From positions 21,813 through 85,812 of the forward strand of contig DYEY01000031.1 of the NCBI GenBank assembly GCA_020725465.1: a stretch of DNA of 64,000 nucleotides, written 5' to 3'. The stretch is from Dethiobacter sp. GTDB lineage: Bacteria > Bacillota > Dethiobacteria > Dethiobacterales > Dethiobacteraceae. Positions 17,366 to 27,069 of the stretch are shown piece by piece (position 1 is the first letter of the stretch; every line of letters begins with the position of its first letter). Made by a program: the position numbers and the translations under genes. Under the pieces are notes generated by a model. The model had not been told where the DNA came from. It worked only from the letters and a program-made list of their open reading frames with translations, and did not search any database.

Positions 17366-18262
17366 ATGGTACTTGTCAACGTAGTGCTTCCGGTGTTTCT
17401 GGTTTTTGCCGCTGGCTACCTGCTGCAGAAAAAGGCCAATCCAGAAATAAAAACGCTCTCCGACGCAGTTTTCTGTGTCCTGCTGCCCTGCCTTGTTTTC
17501 AGGACGCTTTATGCAGCTGACCTTCCGGGGACACTTAAAACCATCGCGCTGTTTCAGCTGGTACTGACCGCTTCGCTGATTGTGGTTGTAAGGTTGGTGG
17601 TGCTGTTGTGCCGGCTCTCCAAAGGTGCGGAAAGCGCCCTGCTCCTAACCGTGGTGTTTATGAATGCGGGCAACTACGGGATGCCGTTTAACCTTTTTGC
17701 CTTCGGGCCCGCCGGTTTTGAACTGGCTGTCACTTTTTTTGTCTTCCAGTCGGTACTGATGAACTCCCTTGGCGTCTGGTTGGCCTCGCGGCACCGTTTC
17801 GGCTCCCGGCGCGCATTCCGGTCAGTCCTGTCCTTGCCGGTAGCCTGGGCGGGGGTGGCAGGAGCCGCCTGGCAGTTAACAGGGCTGGCAGTACCATCCT
17901 TCCTGTTTAAAACCGTGGATTTACTGGCGGGAGCTGCCACTCCCCTGGTAATGCTCCTTCTTGGTATGCAGCTGGCGCGCATCAGGCCTTCCCGCCTTAC
18001 TCCTGGCCCGGTGGTACTGGGTGCATTACTCCGCCTGGCGGTTTCCCCATTTATAGCTTTTCTGCTCATCCGCTTTGTATTTCCCGTGGAGGGGCTACCG
18101 GCCAAAATTTTGCTGGTCCAGTCCGCCATGCCTACGGCGGTGGTGACCACTCTTTTAGCTGTGCAATATGAGGTGGAACCGGAGACGGTTTCAGCCATTA
18201 CCCTAGCCACCACCCTGCTGTCGGTGCTGACCTTACCGCTGCTGCTTTATTTACTGGGATAA
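17366..18262 (+). CDS. AEC (auxin efflux carrier) family membrane transporter
   Basis: A polytopic hydrophobic protein of about 298 aa with an AEC-like N-terminus (VLPVFLVFAAGYLL) and a C-terminal half (LVQSAMPTAV). Confidence 0.75.
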   Translation: MVLVNVVLPVFLVFAAGYLLQKKANPEIKTLSDAVFCVLLPCLVFRTLYAADLPGTLKTIALFQLVLTASLIVVVRLVVLLCRLSKGAESALLLTVVFMNAGNYGMPFNLFAFGPAGFELAVTFFVFQSVLMNSLGVWLASRHRFGSRRAFRSVLSLPVAWAGVAGAAWQLTGLAVPSFLFKTVDLLAGAATPLVMLLLGMQLARIRPSRLTPGPVVLGALLRLAVSPFIAFLLIRFVFPVEGLPAKILLVQSAMPTAVVTTLLAVQYEVEPETVSAITLATTLLSVLTLPLLLYLLG

Positions 18263-18586
18263 GTTCTGGCGGTCGCGCACCGGGATAGCTGTATGCCCTT
18301 TAGCTCCTTTAACACGGTGGAAGCGGTGGCCAATGACCCGCAGGTTTTTGTCTGGGAAATGATCCTGGAGATGGAACACCCCTGAGCCGGCAGGGTGAGA
18401 GTATCCGCCAACACGGTAAAAATGACGGAAACACCTGCTAAACTGAAGTACTGCTCCCTTAGCTGGGAGAGCACACGGAGCAGGTTCTGCAGGAAATCTT
18501 CTGCCATGTAAAACCAGGATTGCCAAAATAAACGCAAAAGGTGCCATTTAGCCAGAAAGATGTAAAAGCAGAGGAGGAATGGTAAA

Positions 18587-19771
18587 ATGATCCTGGATGG
18601 AGTGGTGGTCCTTGACCTGACCAAGGTGCTGGCCGGGCCTTTCTGCGCCATGCAGCTGGCTGATTTCGGCGCCGAGGTGATAAAAATCGAAAACCCGGAG
18701 ACCGGGGGCGACGACGCCCGCTTTATCGGGCCTCACGTGAAAGGGGAAAGCGCCTACTTCCACAGCATCAACCGGAACAAGAAGAGCATCACCCTCAACC
18801 TTAAAAAGGAAGAGGGACGTGCCCTTTTCCGCCAGCTGGTGGTCAAAGCCGATGTGGTGATGGAAAACTTCCGCTTCGGTGTAATGGAAAAAATTGGCCT
18901 GGGTTACGAAGATCTGGCGAAAATTAACCCACGCCTGATCTACGCCGCCTCCTCCGGCTTTGGCCATACCGGACCATACCGCGAGCGGCCCGCCTACGAC
19001 CCGGTAATCCAGGCCATGGGCGGCATTATGAGTGTCACCGGGCAAAAAGACGGCATACCCACCCGGGTGGGTATCTCCATCGGTGACTTGGCTGCCGGCC
19101 TCTACCTGGCACTGGGCATCTCGCTGGCTCTGCTGCACCGGGAAAAGACCGGCCTTGGGCAAAAAATAGACGTGTCCATGCTGGACTGCCAGATCGCCTT
19201 GCTGGAGAACCAGATTGCCCGCTACCTGATGGGCGGGGAGGTTCCGAAGCCGGTGGGTAACCGCCATCCTTCATATGCGCCCTTCGGTTCTTTCAGAACA
19301 AAAGACGGCTATATCATGATTGCCGCCGGCAACAACAAGCTGTGGAAAGAACTGTGCATGGTGCTGGGCTTCCCGGAACTGGGGGAGGACCCGCGTTTTG
19401 TCACCAATGTGCTCCGCGTGGAAAACTACGACGAAATGGCAGCCATCATGGAAGTGAAGCTGCGGGAAAAGACAGGCAAAGAGTGGACTGATATCATGAT
19501 TGCCGCGGGTATTCCCTGCGGGCCCATCAACACTATCCCCGACCTGCTGGAAGACCCGCAGATAAAGGCGCGGGAAATGATTGTGAATATCGACCACCCG
19601 GTCCTGGGGAGCGTAGGCATAGCCGGGATACCGATAAAGATGTCCGGATCGCCGGGCGAGGTGCGACGGTATGCTCCTTCTCTGGGTGAACATAATACCG
19701 AGGTGTTGACCCGGTACCTGGGCCTCCCCGGGCCGGAGATACGGGAGCTGAAAGACAAAGGTATAATTTAG
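18587..19771 (+). CDS. family III (CaiB/BaiF-type) acyl-CoA transferase
   Basis: LDGVVVLDLTKVLAGPFCAMQLADFGAEVIKIE and the catalytic Asp region SIGDLAAG. Confidence 0.85.
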   Translation: MILDGVVVLDLTKVLAGPFCAMQLADFGAEVIKIENPETGGDDARFIGPHVKGESAYFHSINRNKKSITLNLKKEEGRALFRQLVVKADVVMENFRFGVMEKIGLGYEDLAKINPRLIYAASSGFGHTGPYRERPAYDPVIQAMGGIMSVTGQKDGIPTRVGISIGDLAAGLYLALGISLALLHREKTGLGQKIDVSMLDCQIALLENQIARYLMGGEVPKPVGNRHPSYAPFGSFRTKDGYIMIAAGNNKLWKELCMVLGFPELGEDPRFVTNVLRVENYDEMAAIMEVKLREKTGKEWTDIMIAAGIPCGPINTIPDLLEDPQIKAREMIVNIDHPVLGSVGIAGIPIKMSGSPGEVRRYAPSLGEHNTEVLTRYLGLPGPEIRELKDKGII

Positions 19772-19783
19772 AATAATTAGAAG

Positions 19784-19814
19784 GACCATATAGCAAAGTT
19801 GTATGGTCTTTTTT
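19784..19814 (+). terminator. rho-independent terminator
   Basis: Hairpin gaccata-N11-tatggtc followed by TTTTTT. Confidence 0.75.
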
Positions 19815-19855
19815 GCTGATACGGTTCTTTAGGTTCAAGAAAATCTTGAGTGCCG

Positions 19856-19884
19856 GCAGGAATCCTTCCAATTTTTACGAATAT
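19856..19884 (+). promoter_or_regulatory. AGGA/GAAT (sigma-H-like) promoter candidate for the sucCD-mcm cluster
   Basis: GCAGGAAT lies at 19856-19863 and GAATAT at 19879-19884. Confidence 0.4.
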
Positions 19885-19973
19885 TCTAAGAGCAGATTTA
19901 TAAAATCCGGGCATACTGTGCCCGGAATTTAGCATCCGGAGAAAGCAACACGGCAGCAGAAGGAGGAAACGGC

Positions 19974-21089
19974 ATGAAACTGTTCGAGTACATGGGCAAG
20001 GAACTTTTTGCCAGGTACGGTATCCCTGTACCGGAGGGCGGGGTGGCCGCCACCGCCGCCGAGGCAGCGGAAATCGCCGGGAAAATCGGTTCTGTGGTGG
20101 TAAAGTCACAGATTCTGAGCGGCAAACGGGGCAAAGCAGGCGGTATTGGTTTTACCGAAGACCCGCAGGAAGCGGCGGAGCTGGCGTCAAGAATGCTGGG
20201 CAGCGAGCTGCGCGGCTTCACTGTGGACAAGGTCCTGGTGGAGCAAAAGCTTAAAATCGACCGGGAATTTTACCTGGCCCTGACGGTGGACGGCGCTGCC
20301 CGCAAGCCGGTAATACTGGCTTCGGCCTTCGGCGGCATGGACATTGAAGATGTGCCCGAAGAGCACATGGTCAGGATGCATCTGGACGTGACCATCGGCC
20401 TGCAGCCCTTTGTGGCCAGGGAAGTGGTAAGGCGTCTCGGCGTAACCGGGGATGTGGCCAGGCAGATAAGTGCCATCCTGTCCGGCCTCTATAAGATGTT
20501 TGTGGAGCTGGACGCTGAGCTGGTGGAAATCAACCCGCTGGTAATAAGCGGCGACAAGGTTATCGCCGCGGATGCTAAGGTGACCATCGACGATGACGCC
20601 CTTTTCCGCCATAAGGACCTGCCCGTGGTGGAAGAGCGCACCGAGGCGGAAAAGAAAGCGCACGAACTGGGCCTGTCCTACGTGGAGCTGGACGGTGATA
20701 TTGCCGTAATGGCCAACGGCGCCGGCATCACCATGGCTACCCTGGACCTGATCCAGTACTACGGCGGGAAACCGGCCAACTTCCTGGATGCCGGCGGCGG
20801 CGCAGGGGTGGAACCCACGGCCAAAGCCCTGGAGCTGCTGCTTTCCAAGAACCCCAAAGCCATCCTGATTAACATCTTCGGCGGTATCACCCGCTGCGAT
20901 GACGTGGCCAACGCCTTCGCCTACGTCAAGCAGAATATCGGCATTCCGGTGCCGGTGGTCATCCGCCTGGTGGGCACCAACGAAGATAAGGGTCGGGAAA
21001 TACTGCGGGAGAACGGCATCGAGGCTTACAAGTTCATGCACGAGGCGGCGGCCAAAGCGGTGGAAATAGCGACGGGAGGGAGGAACTGA
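19974..21089 (+). CDS. sucC: succinate--CoA ligase (ADP-forming) beta subunit
   Basis: MKLFEYMGKELFARYGIPVP with an ATP-grasp fold and NIFGGITRCDDVA. Confidence 0.9.
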   Translation: MKLFEYMGKELFARYGIPVPEGGVAATAAEAAEIAGKIGSVVVKSQILSGKRGKAGGIGFTEDPQEAAELASRMLGSELRGFTVDKVLVEQKLKIDREFYLALTVDGAARKPVILASAFGGMDIEDVPEEHMVRMHLDVTIGLQPFVAREVVRRLGVTGDVARQISAILSGLYKMFVELDAELVEINPLVISGDKVIAADAKVTIDDDALFRHKDLPVVEERTEAEKKAHELGLSYVELDGDIAVMANGAGITMATLDLIQYYGGKPANFLDAGGGAGVEPTAKALELLLSKNPKAILINIFGGITRCDDVANAFAYVKQNIGIPVPVVIRLVGTNEDKGREILRENGIEAYKFMHEAAAKAVEIATGGRN

Positions 21090-21090
21090 C

Positions 21091-21963
21091 ATGGCCATTT
21101 ACATAAACGAGCATACCAATGTACTGATTCAGGGCATAACCGGCAACCAGGGCACCTTCCATGCCCGCCAGATGGTTAAGTACGGTACCAGGATTGTGGC
21201 TGGCGTCTCGCCGGGTAAGGGCGGCAAAGACGTAGACGGCATACCGGTTTACGACACGGTGGCGGCTGCGGCAGAGGAGCACAGGCTTGACGCCTCCATC
21301 CTGTTCATCCCGGCGCCTTTTGCCAAAGACGCCGCCTTTGAAGCCATCGCCGCGGGCATTAAGGTCCTGGTCATGCTGCCGGAACACATTCCGGTCCATG
21401 ATGCCATGGCCATTATGGCTTATGCCAAAAGCAACGGTACGGTGGTGGTGGGGCCAAACACCTTTGGCCTGGTCTCTTCAGGCAAATGCAAGATAGGCAT
21501 CATGCCCAATCAGTTTTTCATTCCCGGTGACATCGGCGTGGTTTCCCGCAGCGGAACTCTCTGCTACGAGATAGTGGGCAACCTGACTGCTGCCGGCTAC
21601 GGCACCTCCACGGTGGTAGGACTGGGGGGCGACCGGGTGGTGGGCCTTAATTTTATTGAAGTGCTTGCCGAGATGGAAAAAGACGCCGGAACCAAAGCCA
21701 TTGTGATGGTAGGAGAAATCGGCGGCAGCGCCGAGGAAGAAGCAGCTGCTTTTATCAAAGGGCACATTAAGAAACCGGTGATAGCGTACCTGGCGGGCAA
21801 GAGCGCTCCTCCGGGCAAACGGATGGGACACGCCGGCGCCATCATAGAACGGGGCAAAGGGACTTTCGAGGGGAAAGTGCAGGCGCTGAACGCAGCAGGC
21901 GTGCCGGTGGCCGAGCTTCCCTTCCAGGTACCGGAACTGGTGGCCGCCGCTTTAAAGAAGTAA
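21091..21963 (+). CDS. sucD: succinate--CoA ligase alpha subunit
   Basis: [20 protein letters not shown] and the phosphohistidine site MGHAGAI. Confidence 0.9.
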   Translation: MAIYINEHTNVLIQGITGNQGTFHARQMVKYGTRIVAGVSPGKGGKDVDGIPVYDTVAAAAEEHRLDASILFIPAPFAKDAAFEAIAAGIKVLVMLPEHIPVHDAMAIMAYAKSNGTVVVGPNTFGLVSSGKCKIGIMPNQFFIPGDIGVVSRSGTLCYEIVGNLTAAGYGTSTVVGLGGDRVVGLNFIEVLAEMEKDAGTKAIVMVGEIGGSAEEEAAAFIKGHIKKPVIAYLAGKSAPPGKRMGHAGAIIERGKGTFEGKVQALNAAGVPVAELPFQVPELVAAALKK

Positions 21964-21984
21964 ATTAGGGAAGGAAGTGAAATT

Positions 21985-23661
21985 TTGTTTGACAGCGAAC
22001 TTTTAAAAACACTGCAGGAAAAGAAGCAGGCCTGGGACAAGAAAGTGGAATCCAGGCTGGACAAGGTGCCGGAACTTAAAAAAGTCTTTAAAACCGATTC
22101 CAACATCGAGATTAAACGACTGTACACTCCGGTGGAAATAAGTGGCCTTTCCTACGAAAAGGACTTGGGCCTGCCCGGGGAGTACCCGTACACCCGGGGT
22201 GTCCAGCCCACCATGTACCGGGGCCGCCTCTGGACCATGCGCCAGTATGCGGGTTTTGGCTCCGCCGAAGAGACCAACAAGCGCTTCAAGTACCTGCTGG
22301 AACAGGGGCAGACCGGTCTTTCCATCGCCTTTGACCTGCCTACCCAGATAGGCTATGACTCGGACCACCCCCTGGCCCGGGGTGAGGTAGGCAAAGTGGG
22401 GGTGGCCATCGACTCCCTGCTTGACATGGAAACCCTTTTTGACGGGATCCCCCTGGACAAGGTGAGCACCTCTATGACCATCAACTCACCGGCGGCTGTT
22501 ATCCTCGCCATGTATATCGCCATGGCCGAGAAACAGGGGGTGCCTGTGAAGGAGCTAAACGGCACCATCCAAAACGACATACTTAAAGAATACGTGGCCC
22601 GCGGCACCTATATTTTCCCACCGCAACCCTCCATGCGCCTGATTACCGACATTTTTGCCTACTGCGCCAAAGAGGTGCCCAACTGGAATACGATCAGCAT
22701 TTCCGGCTACCACATCCGGGAAGCCGGTTCCACCGCCGTCCAGGAAATTGCCTTTACCCTGGCTGACGGCATTGCCTACGTGGAAGCCGCCATCAGGGCC
22801 GGTCTCAACGTAGACGAATTTGCGCCACGCCTGTCGTTCTTCTTTAACGCTCACCTCAATTTCTTTGAGGAAGTGGCTAAGTTCAGGGCGGCCCGGCGCA
22901 TCTGGGCCCGCATTATGAAGGAACGCTTCGGCGCCAAAGACCCGCGCTCCCAGATGCTGCGCTTCCATACCCAGACCGCGGGCTGCACACTGACAGCCCA
23001 GCAGCCCGACGTAAACATCGTACGTGTGGCCTTCCAGGCGTTGTCCGCTGTCCTTGGCGGCACCCAGTCCCTGCATACCAACTCCCGTGACGAGGCGCTG
23101 GCCCTGCCCAGTGAGCACTCGGTGCTGATCGCCCTGCGTACCCAGCAGGTTATCGGTTACGAGGTGGGCGTCACCGAGACGGTGGACCCGCTCGGCGGCT
23201 CTTACTTCATCGAGTCGCTTACCGACAGCATTGAAAAAGAAGTAATGGCCTATATCAACAAGATCGACGAGATGGGCGGCGCGGTAGCGGCCATTGAAAA
23301 AGGCTTCATGCAACGGGAAATCCAGCAGAGCGCTTACACCTACCAGCGGCAGGTAGAATCCGGCGAACGGACAGTCATCGGAGTCAACAGGTTCATCACC
23401 GACACTGAGATGCCAAAAGACCTGCTCCGTGTCAACCCGGCGGTAGCCGACCGCCAGGTGGAAAAGCTCAGGAAACTACAGGAGAACCGTGACCAGCGGC
23501 AGGTGGCCGAGGTGCTGCAGCGGCTGCGCATGGTGGCTCAGACCGACGAGAATATCATGCCCTCCATAATCGAGGCGGTAAAAGCCTACGCCACTCTGGG
23601 TGAAATCTGCGGCATACTGCGCGAAGTCTTCGGCGAGTACCAGCAGCAGGTAATGCTCTAG
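21985..23661 (+). CDS. methylmalonyl-CoA mutase, catalytic (large) subunit
   Basis: [61 protein letters not shown] start with the RBS ggaagga. Confidence 0.9.
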   Translation: MFDSELLKTLQEKKQAWDKKVESRLDKVPELKKVFKTDSNIEIKRLYTPVEISGLSYEKDLGLPGEYPYTRGVQPTMYRGRLWTMRQYAGFGSAEETNKRFKYLLEQGQTGLSIAFDLPTQIGYDSDHPLARGEVGKVGVAIDSLLDMETLFDGIPLDKVSTSMTINSPAAVILAMYIAMAEKQGVPVKELNGTIQNDILKEYVARGTYIFPPQPSMRLITDIFAYCAKEVPNWNTISISGYHIREAGSTAVQEIAFTLADGIAYVEAAIRAGLNVDEFAPRLSFFFNAHLNFFEEVAKFRAARRIWARIMKERFGAKDPRSQMLRFHTQTAGCTLTAQQPDVNIVRVAFQALSAVLGGTQSLHTNSRDEALALPSEHSVLIALRTQQVIGYEVGVTETVDPLGGSYFIESLTDSIEKEVMAYINKIDEMGGAVAAIEKGFMQREIQQSAYTYQRQVESGERTVIGVNRFITDTEMPKDLLRVNPAVADRQVEKLRKLQENRDQRQVAEVLQRLRMVAQTDENIMPSIIEAVKAYATLGEICGILREVFGEYQQQVML

Positions 23662-23681
23662 GAAACTGAGGAGGCGATATA

Positions 23682-24077
23682 ATGATGAACGACAAAAAGA
23701 TCAGGGTGCTGGTGGCCAAGGCCGGCCTGGACGGGCACGACCGCGGCGCCAAGGTCATTGCCCAGGCGCTGCGTGATGCGGGGATGGAGGTTATTTATAC
23801 CGGCCTGCGCCAGACTCCCGAGCAGATAGTGGAAACGGCCATCCAGGAGGACGTCCAGGTGGTGGGCATCAGCAGCCTGAGCGGCGCCCACATGCACCTT
23901 TTCCCGCCGGTGGTGCAGCTTTTGCGCGAGCAGGGCGCGGCGGACGTGCTGGTTATAGGAGGCGGTGTTATCCCCATGGAGGACATACCATACCTGAAAG
24001 AAGCGGGCATTGCTGAGATATTTACCCCCGGGGCCTCAACTGAGGACATCGTCAAATATATCAGAGAGCGGGTATAG
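23682..24077 (+). CDS. methylmalonyl-CoA mutase, cobalamin-binding (small) subunit
   Basis: The B12-binding motif DxHxxG is present as [12 protein letters not shown], with GGGVIP also present. Confidence 0.9.
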   Translation: MMNDKKIRVLVAKAGLDGHDRGAKVIAQALRDAGMEVIYTGLRQTPEQIVETAIQEDVQVVGISSLSGAHMHLFPPVVQLLREQGAADVLVIGGGVIPMEDIPYLKEAGIAEIFTPGASTEDIVKYIRERV

Positions 24078-24100
24078 CCGCTAAGCAGGAGGAGATTTTT

Positions 24101-24505
24101 ATGATTAAAAAAATAGACCACATCGGTATTGCGGTAAAGAGCATTGCGGAGGCGGCCAAACTCTACGAGGAACTGCTGGGCCTAAAAATTACCCAGGTGG
24201 AGGAAGTGACTGAACAGAAGGTTAAGGTAGCCTTTCTGCCCACCGGCGACAGCGAGGTGGAGCTGCTTGAGTCCACTGATCCCGAGGGCCCGGTGGCCAA
24301 ATTTATTGAGGCCAGGGGCGAGGGTATGCAGCATATCGCTTTTCGTGTTGACAACATCGAAGAGACGTTGGCCCGCCTGAAAGCGGCCGGCGTCCGCCTT
24401 ATCGATGAAAAGCCCCGTTACGGCGCCGGCGGCGCCAAGATCGCTTTCCTGCACCCCAAGGGGACTTACGGTACCTTAATTGAGCTCTGTGAGCGCGAAG
24501 AATAG
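24101..24505 (+). CDS. mce: methylmalonyl-CoA epimerase (VOC/glyoxalase fold)
   Basis: [11 protein letters not shown]...VELLE...GMQHIAFRV...IELCE. Confidence 0.85.
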   Translation: MIKKIDHIGIAVKSIAEAAKLYEELLGLKITQVEEVTEQKVKVAFLPTGDSEVELLESTDPEGPVAKFIEARGEGMQHIAFRVDNIEETLARLKAAGVRLIDEKPRYGAGGAKIAFLHPKGTYGTLIELCEREE

Positions 24506-24517
24506 GAGGTGTGGCCA

Positions 24518-26059
24518 GTGACTGACAAAATGAAGACACTTGCGGAAAAAAGACGTCTGATCGAACTGGGCGGCGGGGAGAAAAGGATCGCTGACCAGCA
24601 CGCCAAGGGCAAAATGACAGCCCGCGAGCGCTTAAACGCTCTCCTCGACCCCGGCAGTTTCAACGAGCTCGATGTTTTTGTCCAGACCGACCTGGAAGAC
24701 GCCGACGAGATAGGCAAATCCAACCCCGGCGAGGGCGTGGTCACCGGGTACGGCACTATCGGCGGACGTCCCGTTTACGTTTTTGCCCAGGACTTCACCG
24801 TGGCCGGCGGGTCGCTCGGCGAGATGCACGCTGCTAAGATCTGCAAAGTGATGGACCTGGCCATGAAAACCGGCGCACCTGTCATCGGCCTCAACGACTC
24901 CGGGGGTGCCCGCATCCAGGAAGGAGTCCGGGCCCTAAACGGCTATGGCGAGATCTTTTTCCGCAACACCATTGCTTCCGGCGTCATCCCGCAGATTTCG
25001 GTCATCATGGGTCCGAGCGCCGGAGGCGCCGTCTATTCCCCGGCCATCACCGATTTTGTATTTATGGTGGAAAACACCGCCCAGATGTTCATCACCGGTC
25101 CGCAGGTCATCAAGGCGGTTACCGGCGAGGAAGTATCGGCGGAAGCCCTTGGCGGTGCCCATACCCATAACCAGACCAGCGGCGTGGCTCATTTCAAGGC
25201 TACCAGCGAAGAGGAATGCTTCGCCAAGCTGAAGGATCTGCTCAGCTACCTGCCTTCCAACAACCTGGATGAGGCACCTGTCACCACCCCCGAGGAACCG
25301 GCCCTGGATGCTGCCGACCTGGTGACAATAATACCCGACAACCCCAACAAGCCTTACGATGTGCGGGAGATTATAAAGCGGGTGGTGGACGCAAGCCGGT
25401 TCCTGGAGGTACACGAGTTGTTTGCCAAGAACGCCGTGGTGGGCTTTGCCCGGCTGGGCGGCCGTTCTGTCGGTATTATCGCCAACCAGGCCCAGGTGAA
25501 AGCCGGCTGCCTGGACATCGACTCCTCCGACAAGATAGCCCGCTTTGTCCGTTTCTGCGATTGCTTCAATCTTCCCATGGTTACTTTTGTCGACGTGCCA
25601 GGTTATCTCCCCGGTGTGGACCAGGAACACGGCGGCATCATCCGGCACGGCGCCAAGGTGCTCTACGCTTATTCCGAAGCCACGGTGCCCAAAATCCAGG
25701 TCATACTGCGCAAGGCCTACGGCGGCTCCTATATAGCCATGAGCGCCCGCTGCCTGCGCGGTGACTTGGCACTGGCTTGGCCGTCGGCTGAAATCGCCGT
25801 AATGGGCCCGGAAGGAGCGGCCAACATCGTCTACCGGCGGGAAATTGACGCCGCCGAAGATCCCAAGGCGGAACGCAACGCCCGCATCCAGCAATACCGC
25901 GACAAATATTCAAACCCTTACATTGCCGCTGCCCGCGGTTGGGTGGATGACATTATCGACCCGCGCGAGACCCGCGCCGCCCTCCTGCGCGGCCTGAAAA
26001 TGCTGGAAAACAAGCAGGAAGACCGTCCACGCAAAAAACACGGCAATATCCCCCTTTAA
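24518..26059 (+). CDS. methylmalonyl-CoA carboxyltransferase 12S subunit / propionyl-CoA carboxylase beta-type carboxyltransferase
   Basis: GKMTARERLNALLDPGSF, DFTVAGGSLGEMHA and VILRKAYGGSYIAM. The start is uncertain among 24509 GTG, 24518 GTG (best RBS spacing) and 24530 ATG. Confidence 0.85.
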   Translation: MTDKMKTLAEKRRLIELGGGEKRIADQHAKGKMTARERLNALLDPGSFNELDVFVQTDLEDADEIGKSNPGEGVVTGYGTIGGRPVYVFAQDFTVAGGSLGEMHAAKICKVMDLAMKTGAPVIGLNDSGGARIQEGVRALNGYGEIFFRNTIASGVIPQISVIMGPSAGGAVYSPAITDFVFMVENTAQMFITGPQVIKAVTGEEVSAEALGGAHTHNQTSGVAHFKATSEEECFAKLKDLLSYLPSNNLDEAPVTTPEEPALDAADLVTIIPDNPNKPYDVREIIKRVVDASRFLEVHELFAKNAVVGFARLGGRSVGIIANQAQVKAGCLDIDSSDKIARFVRFCDCFNLPMVTFVDVPGYLPGVDQEHGGIIRHGAKVLYAYSEATVPKIQVILRKAYGGSYIAMSARCLRGDLALAWPSAEIAVMGPEGAANIVYRREIDAAEDPKAERNARIQQYRDKYSNPYIAAARGWVDDIIDPRETRAALLRGLKMLENKQEDRPRKKHGNIPL

Positions 26060-26065
26060 ACTTAA

Positions 26066-26092
26066 GGGGGAGCCCACAAAGGGCTCCCCTTT
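26066..26092 (+). terminator. rho-independent terminator
   Basis: Hairpin ggggagccc-acaaa-gggctcccc followed by TTT. Confidence 0.7.
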
Positions 26093-26184
26093 GCCTTTGA
26101 TGACGTGGAATGACGCGGGGACGATCCTTTTGTCGTCACTGCAAAAATAAGGACTGTCCCCGGTTTACCTAAAAGGAGAAGAAA

Positions 26185-26946
26185 ATGCCCGGACTTGTAC
26201 TTGGCAACAGAACTGTACACTGCGACGGCCTTATCTTTGATAAGGATGGTACGCTCATTGACTCATTCGTCAGCTGGCCCCGCCTGATTAAAAAGAGAAT
26301 AGCCATCCTGCGTGAAGATATCCGCTTTGATGCTGCGCTGGCCAATGTGCTGGAACGGTTGATGGGCCTGGCAGAGAATGGTGAAGTTATCCGCCGCAGT
26401 CCCATTGTGGTCGGTTCGCGGGAACAGACCGCTTCCGCTGTCTGCGCCGGCCTTTTCTACCATCTGTGCCTGCCCTGGGATTTGGCCCTTGAGAAAGTGC
26501 TGGCCGCTTTCGCCATGGCTGACCTCCTGATTCCCCTGAAAGAACAGGCCGTCCCCATCCCCGGTTCGGTGGAAGCGCTGCGTAACCTCTCTTTGGCCGG
26601 GTTCAGACTGGCGGTGGCAACCAACGACAGCCTGGAACGCACCAGAGAGCTGATGCAACACGCCGGCTTTGCTCCCTTTATTAACGCCTATGCCTGCCGC
26701 GACGAGGTAAAAGAGGCAAAGCCTGCACCGGACGCCGTTTTGCTGGCTGCCGGCCGCCTTGGCCTCGACCCGTTGCGGTGTGCTGTCATCGGCGATGCTC
26801 CGCTTGATCTAAAGATGGCCAGAAACGCCCGCGCCGGTCTGGCTATCGGCGTTCTCACCGGCGCTTCTCTCCCAACGGATTTCACCGGACTGGCGGATGC
26901 AATACTTCCCAGCGTTGCCAGTCTCTCTCCGGCAGGATTCAGCTGA
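26185..26946 (+). CDS. HAD-IA family hydrolase (phosphoglycolate-phosphatase-like)
   Basis: HAD motifs I, II and IV are present as LIFDKDGTLIDS, VATND and IGDAPLDLKMARNA. Confidence 0.7.
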   Translation: MPGLVLGNRTVHCDGLIFDKDGTLIDSFVSWPRLIKKRIAILREDIRFDAALANVLERLMGLAENGEVIRRSPIVVGSREQTASAVCAGLFYHLCLPWDLALEKVLAAFAMADLLIPLKEQAVPIPGSVEALRNLSLAGFRLAVATNDSLERTRELMQHAGFAPFINAYACRDEVKEAKPAPDAVLLAAGRLGLDPLRCAVIGDAPLDLKMARNARAGLAIGVLTGASLPTDFTGLADAILPSVASLSPAGFS

Positions 26947-26998
26947 CAGATTTATTAAAAATGATTATAATGGAAATATTCCAAATCTTCATTATTTG

Positions 26999-27028
26999 GC
27001 AGGAATCCCGCACCCCTTTACAGAATAT
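26999..27028 (+). promoter_or_regulatory. AGGA/GAAT (sigma-H-like) promoter candidate; the overlapping TGGCAG-N5-CCGCA (26997-27012) also loosely fits -24/-12
   Basis: GCAGGAAT lies at 26999-27006 and GAATAT at 27023-27028. Confidence 0.35.
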
Positions 27029-27069
27029 TTTTTCAAAAATAACACGTTCAGATTTTGGGAGGGACGCTA

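Noticed and set aside
18534-18546. TGGCACCTTTTGC on the - strand as a sigma-54 promoter near the activator gene.
   Set aside because: The GG-to-GC spacing is 8 nt instead of the required 10 nt, and the site points away from the CoA transferase gene toward the end of the AEC transporter gene.
18263-18586. The 324-nt non-coding gap before the CoA transferase gene as a relic of an AMP-dependent ligase on the - strand (…LRVIGHRFHRVKGAKGHTAI…).
   Set aside because: The resemblance to the ligase C-terminal K-x-x-G-x-R-I region is short, frame-ambiguous and cannot be verified without a search. It could equally be a long 5' UTR.
20187-21098. Long antisense ORFs opposite well-supported genes. Examples are 20187..21098 (303 aa), 24935..25894 (319 aa), 27553..28662 (369 aa), 36601..37599 (332 aa), 38598..39758 (386 aa), 53452..54390 (312 aa) and 60985..62118 (377 aa), plus many shorter ones.
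   Set aside because: They lie entirely inside CDSs with clear family motifs on the other strand. Their translations are low-complexity (Arg/Gly/His/Pro-rich) with no recognisable motifs. They are typical shadow ORFs of GC-rich coding DNA.
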